Below are positions 1 through 7,440 of a DNA stretch of 62,462 nucleotides, piece by piece; the first letter of the stretch is position 1; every line of letters starts with the position of its first letter. The stretch is from Polyangiaceae bacterium. Its GTDB lineage: Bacteria; Myxococcota_A; Polyangia; Polyangiales; Polyangiaceae. The DNA lies in contig JANRKO010000066.1 in assembly GCA_033763455.1 (NCBI GenBank), positions 1 to 62,462 of the forward strand, written 5' to 3'. A program made the position numbers and the translations under genes. The notes beneath the pieces are model-generated. The model did not search any database and was not told where the DNA came from. It saw nothing but the letters and a program-made list of their open reading frames with translations.

Positions 1-115
1 ATCAGGCACACGTGTCTCGAAAATTCTCCCTTTGACGACATAAGCACTGTCTCGAGACCACTCAAGCTAACCTCGCAGTCCCATCACACCCAGCAACCGC
101 TCCCCAGATCGCGAT

Positions 116-652
116 TTGCAGCATTTCTGGATGAGAACTAATCTAGTGTCTCCGGGCAATTTCTTGGACTTGCCGCATGTTGCGCCAGACAACATCGAGA
201 AGGGAACTGGGCGCCTTCTCGGTTACCGAAGCGTTAGGGAGGATGCCGTCACAAGCTCGAAGCACCGCTTTTTTCCCGGTCAGATTCTCTATTCGAAGAT
301 ACGGCCAAACCTGTCGAAGGTCGTTGTCATCGATTTTGAAGGTTTGTGCAGTGCGGATATGTACCCACTAAACCCACGAATCGAGAGGGAATACCTACAA
401 CTTTTCCTGTTGTCAGCCGCCTTCCTTGAGCAAGTAGTGAGAGAAGACAACCGGCTCGCCATGCCCAAGGTGAACCAGGCGCAGCTGTCGGCTACGAGAA
501 TCGCGGTACCGCCGCTCGCCGAGCAGAAACGCATCGTGGCCAGAGTCGAACACCTCATGAAACTCTGCGACGACCTCGAAGCCAAGCTCCGCCGTGCCGA
601 AGATCGTGCCTCGAAGCTCGTCGAGGCCGTTGTACAGGAGCTGGTGGCGTAA
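116..652 (+). CDS. hsdS: Type I restriction-modification specificity subunit, C-terminal half (one TRD plus conserved helix); 5'-truncated
   Basis: TRD-like ILYSKIRPNLSKV...CSADMYPL and conserved C-terminal block AMPKVNQ..IAVPPLAEQKRIVARVEHLMKLCDDLE; in-frame TAA stops at about 41 and 68 prevent upstream extension. Confidence 0.88.
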   Translation: MQHFWMRTNLVSPGNFLDLPHVAPDNIEKGTGRLLGYRSVREDAVTSSKHRFFPGQILYSKIRPNLSKVVVIDFEGLCSADMYPLNPRIEREYLQLFLLSAAFLEQVVREDNRLAMPKVNQAQLSATRIAVPPLAEQKRIVARVEHLMKLCDDLEAKLRRAEDRASKLVEAVVQELVA

Positions 653-655
653 CGC

Positions 656-1825
656 ATGGCGGACGCGGGGGGCGAAAAGTGGGCGTTCGTGGACGAATAC
701 GGAACGCCGAATCTGGACACCGACCAGAAGGACGTTGGCAAATTTTTCATCGTCGCCGCTGTCGTTCTCGACCGCGACGCATTGCCGTCCACCCGTGATG
801 CGCTCGAACGCTTGCGTCTGAAGCACTTTCAGACGGGGGAAATGAAGTCGAGCAAGCTCGGGAGTGATCGTGGGCGGTGGGTTCGCCTCCTAACCGATCT
901 CGCGGCGGTACCGTTTCACTTCTACGCGCTCGCGGTTGATAAACGCCGGATCAACAAGACAAACGGGCTTCGTTGGAAGGGCTCCTTCTACAAGCACCTC
1001 TGCGGTCGCGCTTATGGGAAGCTGATGCGCGCGCACCCCGCCCTGCGCGTTCGAGCCGACCAGTACGGGCGCGATGAGTTCAAGGAGAGCTTCGCGAGGT
1101 ACATCGAGGCGAACCACCGACCGAATCTTTTTGATAGAGGGACATTCGAGTTCGTCGACGGGAAGCAAGACGTGCTCGTTCAGGTCGCGGACATCGTGTG
1201 CGGCCTCCTTGCCCGTAGCTACGATCCGGATAAGGAGCTCCCCAATGCTTCGGAGTTGCTCGGCCTGCTGTCCAAGCACGCGCTTGTCGTTGACGAGTGG
1301 CCGCTGAAGCATGCGCTCACCCTTGGGGTGGCAGACATGCTAAACCTCGCAAAACCGGAAGATCGAATCGCAACGTACGCGCTACGACAGGCGGAGCAGT
1401 TCATCCAGAAGTATGAAAACTCGCGGGACGACGAAGTGAGTTGCCAGGTGGCCGTCCTTGAACGGCTCATTCTAGAACGACGGATCGGTGACCCAGGAGG
1501 ACACGTCTCGACCTCGGAGTTGCTGGAGGCGCTGAGAGCTCGCGGGTACGCGCCGAAAACCAAAACTTGGCTTCGGATGAACGTCATCGCGCCGCTCCGT
1601 GATCAAGAAGTACTCGTGGCGAGTTCGCAGTCCGGTTACAACCTGCCTGCGTCGCAGGCGGATCTCGTCGCTTTCGTCCGCCATGCGGAGACCATCTGCG
1701 TGCCGATGCTCCACCGCGTGGATGCCGCGTGCAGAGCCGTAAAGCTCGCCACCGATGGCGAGATCGACATCCTCGACATGCCTGAACTTGCATCGGTCCG
1801 CGCCTTGGTGGGCGCACTTGAATAG
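656..1825 (+). CDS. DUF3800-domain protein (RNase H-like fold) with probable C-terminal winged helix
   Basis: N-terminal FVDEYG and VQVADIVCG motifs typical of DUF3800; C-terminal STSELLEAL...LRDQEVLVASSQSGY resembles a wHTH; starts 3 nt after the hsdS stop. Confidence 0.72.
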   Translation: MADAGGEKWAFVDEYGTPNLDTDQKDVGKFFIVAAVVLDRDALPSTRDALERLRLKHFQTGEMKSSKLGSDRGRWVRLLTDLAAVPFHFYALAVDKRRINKTNGLRWKGSFYKHLCGRAYGKLMRAHPALRVRADQYGRDEFKESFARYIEANHRPNLFDRGTFEFVDGKQDVLVQVADIVCGLLARSYDPDKELPNASELLGLLSKHALVVDEWPLKHALTLGVADMLNLAKPEDRIATYALRQAEQFIQKYENSRDDEVSCQVAVLERLILERRIGDPGGHVSTSELLEALRARGYAPKTKTWLRMNVIAPLRDQEVLVASSQSGYNLPASQADLVAFVRHAETICVPMLHRVDAACRAVKLATDGEIDILDMPELASVRALVGALE

Positions 1826-2033
1826 GTCCGAATAGGTCGTGAGCCGATCTCGCGCCTTTTCGACCGTTGTCCGAAGTCGAGAAGCATGAGTAACGAGTTC
1901 GCTCCACGCTAGTGCTAAGTGGCATGCGTTACCGAGAGCACTTGGATTCTCACGTTGGCACCTTGGCGGCCACTTCCCGCCCGGGTCACGGCCGACTCGT
2001 TCGCCTGACTTCTCTTCGTTTTCTCCGCCACCA

Positions 2034-3797
2034 CTAGCGCCATCCGCGCCGGCTGGTGTTGCTCGCAACCACGGCTGCGACCTGCTCAAAGCGCTCGATG
2101 GATGCGAAAAGCCCAGCTCTAACGGGAGGCCAGTCGTTGCCGGCCGCCCGAGCCTCCTCCCCGACTTTTTCGAACACCTCGGGGCTCTCCCGCCAACTAT
2201 CTCGCCAGCCGAAGCGGCCAATCGGAGCCCAGGCACCCTCACTTCCATCGGTGAGGCGCTGGTCCACGCAGAGCAGTGCAACAAAGTACTCGAATCGGTC
2301 AAAAGCGAGCTCGTATTCCTCGTCCGACGGCAAGTGTGTTCGGAGGGGTTCGCGAAGTTGATCGAAGAGGTGGTCGTTGAATGGAGTGTGTCGTTGAGCG
2401 GCGCCTGGAAGTATCTGCCGCCCCGTATCTTGATCGATGATGTTCATTGCGTTCAGCTTCTCAACGGCCGAGCTTGTGCGGTCGTCTCTGCGTGAGCGGA
2501 GTCGCGGTTCGAGTACCAATGCTCTGAAAGCCCCCATGTTCATCGCCTTCAAGGCCGCAATTCCGGCCGCGTAAAACACCAACAAGGCTGGATATCGACG
2601 TAGCTCACTCCAAAACGCCACCCCGCCGGTCACCGGGCGATTCGACAACCGTTCGATCGCCGACGTCCACAGGTATTCCTGACTTTGGTTGCCCCAGTAG
2701 CACCCGGTTACAATGAGATCCCTGAGGATCGAAGTGATTGCTTCGTACTGCCCCATCCGACGAACGATCTCTGTTGGTGTGGAGGGAACTGAGCCTGACA
2801 CGGGCATTAGAGTATCGGTGGTGGCCTCCATAACGCGCTCAACTTCCCCTAGGACCAAGTCGTGAAGCTCAATTCGGTGGCGGTCCTCCGACAGCAAGCG
2901 CTTCATGGTCGCAACCGCTGTCCTGGCAGAAAGAGGGTGAGGGGGATCGAGCGCCGTTAGCGCTGTTATCTTCTGGTGTAACTCACGGAAGAACTCATCG
3001 GCGCCTCGTATGGGAATGACCTGGGCTGCTCGCTGGGTGATCAACCTGCGAGCGGAGTCCGACGGATCGCCACAGGTTGTCCAGTAGGTGGTGAACCGCC
3101 GACTCTTGCAGCGCTCAAGCGCTCCTCTCAGTGCCTCGTCCCAGCCCGCCGACCAACCGCAGACGACCAGCCCGAACTCGTCGAACACGCGGTCAAGGAG
3201 GCGATCGACGCGCTTGTCGTACTTAGCTAGCTCCTCCGGCGTGTTCTTGATGCGGGCATCCAAGTAGTCGCCATGAAGCTTTACAACGGTACAGGGCGCG
3301 TGTGTCAGCGGCAGGGCGCCGTCTATTCCACTTGGCGTGCTAATGACGCTGTGGCTGACTCCAGCTGCTTCTAAAGCCCGCTCCATCAGGCGATCGAAAT
3401 TGGTTGTGAGGATCACTCGCACGTGGCCGGTTTTTGCAAGAGCGGCGAGAGCGTGATGCGCCGACGTCGGTGCCTTGGTGCCGGCTTCGCTTTCGGTTTC
3501 AGCGGCTGATGGCTCGAAGTAGCTGCGGAGCAATTGCTGTCGTTCTGCCGGAGATCGAGCAATCTTCTTAAGGAGCAAAGAGTAACTTGGAGCTTCCCCG
3601 AACGTCGTTTGAAACCAAGCCTCAGGGTCTGGGTCGCAAGTTTCCCCTTTCATTGCCGCCAGCTTTCTGATCAAATCGACGACAAGTTCCCACCCCGTCG
3701 GAATCGCTGCCGACCGCGAGATGCCTGAGCCGAGGAGAACGGCATACACGCCCTTGTGGGAGTGCATTCCGAACGCCAACGCTAAAATAGGATCCAT
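2034..3797 (-). CDS. SIR2-like (SIR2_2) NADase-family protein with uncharacterised C-terminal domain
   Basis: LLGSGISRSAAIPTG, ILTTNFD, VKLHGD and VCGWS sirtuin motifs. Confidence 0.85.
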   Translation of the reverse strand: MDPILALAFGMHSHKGVYAVLLGSGISRSAAIPTGWELVVDLIRKLAAMKGETCDPDPEAWFQTTFGEAPSYSLLLKKIARSPAERQQLLRSYFEPSAAETESEAGTKAPTSAHHALAALAKTGHVRVILTTNFDRLMERALEAAGVSHSVISTPSGIDGALPLTHAPCTVVKLHGDYLDARIKNTPEELAKYDKRVDRLLDRVFDEFGLVVCGWSAGWDEALRGALERCKSRRFTTYWTTCGDPSDSARRLITQRAAQVIPIRGADEFFRELHQKITALTALDPPHPLSARTAVATMKRLLSEDRHRIELHDLVLGEVERVMEATTDTLMPVSGSVPSTPTEIVRRMGQYEAITSILRDLIVTGCYWGNQSQEYLWTSAIERLSNRPVTGGVAFWSELRRYPALLVFYAAGIAALKAMNMGAFRALVLEPRLRSRRDDRTSSAVEKLNAMNIIDQDTGRQILPGAAQRHTPFNDHLFDQLREPLRTHLPSDEEYELAFDRFEYFVALLCVDQRLTDGSEGAWAPIGRFGWRDSWRESPEVFEKVGEEARAAGNDWPPVRAGLFASIERFEQVAAVVASNTSRRGWR

Positions 3798-4100
3798 CGC
3801 TCACGCGGGAGGATCGCTCCATTGCCAGGGACGTCAACGTTTGCGCGGACATTGATTGTCCTAGCGCGAATAGAGGCGCGCGGCCTGCGCTCTAGGTTTG
3901 GGAGTCTTCTCGAACGGTTGATTCGACCGGGGATGCTTGCCAGGCCGCGTTGATGCTCCTACCATCCGCGATCCAGTGGACAAAGTTCATCACGCGAGCA
4001 ACTGAGAAAAGGGCGGAGGGGACGTGCAGCTGCAGTCGCGGAAAAATGTTCATCTAGAGTCGGTGATCGTGTGTTACCTGGATGTTAAGTCGGGGAGACC

Positions 4101-5168
4101 ATGACGGAGGACCAAGGCGACGTTCACGGCGAGACCCCTGCTGCCCTCACCAAGCGGCCGCCCGGCTACGCCGAATGGCTCACGGATCTCAAGTCGCGTA
4201 TCCATGCAGCCCAGCAACGCGCAGCGCTCGCCGTAAATCGTGAGCTGTTGCAGCTCTATTGGCAGCTCGGCCGCGACATTCTCGAGCGGCAAGAGCAAGC
4301 AGGCTGGGGCGCGGGGATCGTTGATCAAGTAGCAGCCGATTTGCGGGCTGCCTTCCCCGAAATGAAGGGCTTCTCGCGCTCAAATCTCAAGTATATGCGG
4401 GCATTTGCGGAGGCCTGGCCCGACAAGAGCTCAATTGGCCAACAGCCTGTTGGCCAATTGCCCTGGGGGCACAACCTCGTCCTGCTAACCAAGCTCAAGA
4501 CGCCCGAAGCCCGACTGGCGCACGCAGCGCGGGCCGTAGTGCACGGGTGGTCACGCAGCGTTCTGACCATGCACATAGAGCAGGGCACGCTCGCACGCGA
4601 AGGTAAGGCGCTCACCAACTTCGAGGAGCGGTTGCCCAAGCCGCAATCTGACCTGGCGCGCGAGAGTTTGAAAGACCCGTACCACTTCGACTTCCTCACC
4701 GTGGGCTCCGAGGCTAACGAACGCGAGATCGAAACGGCACTCGTTCAACACATCACTCAATTCCTGCTTGAGCTCGGCGCCGGCTTCGCCTTCGTGGGAC
4801 GCCAAGTTCACATCGAAGTCGGCGGCGAAGACTTCTACATCGATCTGCTTTTCTACCACCTGAAGCTGCGCGCCTACGTCGTCGTCGAGCTCAAAGCCAC
4901 CAACTTCAAGCCCGAGCATACCGGCCAGCTCGGGTTCTATCTGAGCGCCGTCGACGCCCAAGTGAAGGCACCCGAAGACGCCCCCACCATCGGCCTGCTG
5001 CTCTGCAAAAGCAAGAACCGCGTCGTTGCAGAGTACGCCCTGCGTGACACCAACAAGGCGATGGGCGTTGCCGAATACCAGCTCGTTGAATCCTTGCCGA
5101 AGGATTTGGAGGCGAATTTGCCGAGCATTGAGCAGATTGAGCGGGAACTGGGAGAGGCGGACGAATGA
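4101..5168 (+). CDS. yhcG: YhcG/DUF1016 family PD-(D/E)XK nuclease
   Basis: NRELLQLYWQLG, GFSRSNLKYMR, LKDPYHFDFL, FLLELGAGFAFVGRQ, IDLLFYH, VVELK. Confidence 0.93.
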   Translation: MTEDQGDVHGETPAALTKRPPGYAEWLTDLKSRIHAAQQRAALAVNRELLQLYWQLGRDILERQEQAGWGAGIVDQVAADLRAAFPEMKGFSRSNLKYMRAFAEAWPDKSSIGQQPVGQLPWGHNLVLLTKLKTPEARLAHAARAVVHGWSRSVLTMHIEQGTLAREGKALTNFEERLPKPQSDLARESLKDPYHFDFLTVGSEANEREIETALVQHITQFLLELGAGFAFVGRQVHIEVGGEDFYIDLLFYHLKLRAYVVVELKATNFKPEHTGQLGFYLSAVDAQVKAPEDAPTIGLLLCKSKNRVVAEYALRDTNKAMGVAEYQLVESLPKDLEANLPSIEQIERELGEADE

Positions 5169-6193
5169 GCAAGGCGCCGAGCAAGCCGCAGCGCGATACC
5201 GAATTCGTCCTTCGTCAAAGCAGGCCCCTGTCGTCGCTCGTGGACGCTGCGCAAGAGTTCTCCTCGAAGTGCGACGAGCTTTGGGTTGCCACCGCTTTCG
5301 TGGACGAACTGGCCGTGAAACACGTCATCGAGCCGGCGGTGGCCGCGGACGCCAAGGTTCGCTTTCTCACCGGCACCTTCGGCCACGTGACCCGCCACCG
5401 GACCTTCGCAAGGCTCGAGCGCCTCGTCCGAAAGGGCGCAATAGCGGCCCGCGTTTGGGAAGGCGAGTTCCACATCAAGCTTTTCATTTGGCGGTTTGGT
5501 GCGCGCGTCGTTGCATGGATCGGCTCCGCCAATTTGACGGCCGGTGGGCTCCAGCGAGAGGGCGAGCTCGTCCTGCAGCTCAAGGGCATGTGGGCCGAGA
5601 CGCGCCACAAGCGCATTCGTTCTTCGTTCGAGCGCGAATGGGAGCGATCCAGGAACCTCGATGCGTCGTTCCTCGCCAACTACAAAGAATCCCCGCGCAG
5701 CGGCTGGCTGCTCGACGAAGCGTCGTCCAAGCCCTCGGCAGGGCGCCAATTGCCCCGTATCGCGCGCCAGGGCCGATGCCTTGTCGTCGTGCCCGTGGCA
5801 CGCCACTACGAAGATGATTCGTCGGTGGTCGCCCGTATTGCCGCGCTGCTCGGCGGCACCGCGAAAACTTGGTACCGCGGATCCGCTCGCGCGCTCGCCA
5901 GCGTGAAGCGGGGTCACCCGTGTCTCGTCGTCGACTATATAGATAAGGACGTCGTCGTTGGCGTTGTCACGGACACCAAACCGGACGGTCGTGGTCACGT
6001 CTTCGCCTACGAGCAGCTTGTCCGGTCGCCAAGGCCGCTGGCCGCGCTAAAGAAGAAGCATGCAGGGATCGAGCTCGGTCCGGCAACACGCCGCGTGAGA
6101 ACCCAATGGCTCGATCGGGACTCCGCTCGTCTAGTGATCGCCGAAATCTTTGGTACTCGCGTCGCAGCACGTGCGCTCGGGCCGGAGAAGTAG
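5165..6193 (+). CDS. Phospholipase D-family (HKD) nuclease, NgoFVII/BfiI-like N-terminus plus unknown C-terminal domain
   Basis: WVATAFV, FLTG, FHIKLFIW...WIGSANLTAGGL..EGE; ATGA overlap with yhcG. Confidence 0.75.
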   Translation: MSKAPSKPQRDTEFVLRQSRPLSSLVDAAQEFSSKCDELWVATAFVDELAVKHVIEPAVAADAKVRFLTGTFGHVTRHRTFARLERLVRKGAIAARVWEGEFHIKLFIWRFGARVVAWIGSANLTAGGLQREGELVLQLKGMWAETRHKRIRSSFEREWERSRNLDASFLANYKESPRSGWLLDEASSKPSAGRQLPRIARQGRCLVVVPVARHYEDDSSVVARIAALLGGTAKTWYRGSARALASVKRGHPCLVVDYIDKDVVVGVVTDTKPDGRGHVFAYEQLVRSPRPLAALKKKHAGIELGPATRRVRTQWLDRDSARLVIAEIFGTRVAARALGPEK

Positions 6194-6208
6194 AAAGTTG
6201 GCCACCAG

Positions 6209-7153
6209 ATGAGCGCCAAGTCGCGCAAGAAGGGACGCGCCAGCAGGGGTCCAACGGGCTCCGGTGACACTACGATCGCGTTCTGGCTGGTCGCCTTTCT
6301 GGACATGCTGGGATACCGCGCAACGCTGCAAAAGTTCGACGTCTACCCGTTGCCGACCGAGCCAGGCGATCAGGACGCCTTCCGCCAACGGTTCGTTCAC
6401 GCGGTTCACCTGCGACGCCGCTTATTGGGTGCAATCCGCGAATTCCAATTCAGTACCCGGAGAGAGACGCCTCTCCCTGCTGAGTTACCGCCGCAGGCGC
6501 GGCCGACCGCTGAACGTTGGGGCAAGGCAAAACTCCTAAATATGCCCGGGCCCGATCACGTCGTCCTAGCTTGCTCGCTGACAGGTGACGTCGATCACTT
6601 CCCCCTCCGCGGCGTATACAACACCGTTGCTGCGGCCTGCGCAGCGATGCTCATCCAGCTCGCACTTGGAGCAGACGACCACGAGCAGAGCCTCCCACTC
6701 CGCGGCGGCATCGACATTGGTCCAGGAGCCTTGCTCCATCCGGAAAACTTTCTGTATTCGCCAGCTTTGACGCGCGCGTACGACCTCGAGAGCAAAGCGG
6801 CCGTGTACCCTCGTACGCTCGCAGGCGACCGCTTTCTTGGCTACCTACGCGCGTACTCGGAGGATCATGGCACGGACCCGACCACACACTACAATCGCGC
6901 GCTGGCCGATCGGGTACTCAGCATGTTCTTCCGCGACCATGATGGAAAGACGGCGCTCGACTTCCTGGGCGCGCCCTTCCGGGAGAATCTGCCCGACGAG
7001 CTGGCGCTTGACCTCGCAACCAAGGCCAGGCAATTCGTCCGGCGTGGTCAAGCAGCGGCCAAGATCGGCGGCGACCAGCGCCTCATTGCCAAGTACGACT
7101 GGCTCGTGAACTACGTAGAACCCCGCGTCGAAGTCTGGGGCGTACGCTCATGA
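6209..7153 (+). CDS. Class III nucleotidyl-cyclase-like protein
   Basis: VAFLDMLGY (first metal Asp), GPDHVVL (second Asp), PLRGGIDIG, YSPALTRAYDLESKAAVYPR; 15 nt after the PLD stop. Confidence 0.6.
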   Translation: MSAKSRKKGRASRGPTGSGDTTIAFWLVAFLDMLGYRATLQKFDVYPLPTEPGDQDAFRQRFVHAVHLRRRLLGAIREFQFSTRRETPLPAELPPQARPTAERWGKAKLLNMPGPDHVVLACSLTGDVDHFPLRGVYNTVAAACAAMLIQLALGADDHEQSLPLRGGIDIGPGALLHPENFLYSPALTRAYDLESKAAVYPRTLAGDRFLGYLRAYSEDHGTDPTTHYNRALADRVLSMFFRDHDGKTALDFLGAPFRENLPDELALDLATKARQFVRRGQAAAKIGGDQRLIAKYDWLVNYVEPRVEVWGVRS

Positions 7154-7290
7154 TCGCGACCGCTGGGTCCGTTGGAGTCATCGCCCTCGTCCTGGCAACG
7201 CTCGGAGCTCTCGGCCAAACACGTCAACGGTCCGCCCAAGCGGCCACGCCCGCCCTTGAACCCGCCGCGACAATCGTGTTGCCCAGGTAA
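7150..7290 (+). CDS. Putative 46-aa single-pass membrane micropeptide (not in the ORF track)
   Basis: MIATAGSVGVIALVLATLGALGQTRQRSAQAATPALEPAATIVLPR*; ATG overlaps the cyclase TGA (ATGA); about 20-residue hydrophobic stretch followed by basic residues. Confidence 0.35.
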   Translation: MIATAGSVGVIALVLATLGALGQTRQRSAQAATPALEPAATIVLPR

Positions 7291-7440
7291 GCGCGAGTGA
7301 GGACAAGTCGCCTGCTTCCAGGCGAAAAGTAGGGGTACTCGATCCGGACGGCTGCTCGGCTTTAGCGGTGTCGCCGGGCGGTTGCGCACGCCCCCCTGGA
7401 AAAGTGCGCGATTGTTCGCTAGTCGGCGTGCTGGGGATTC

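Noticed and set aside
1820..1838. GAATAGGTC tandem duplication at the DUF3800 stop
   Set aside because: Two copies only; likely local slippage with no associated element
4937..5998. Long antisense ORFs (also 51125-52096, 44011-44859 and similar)
   Set aside because: Shadow or alternative frames of well-supported genes, expected in GC-rich DNA
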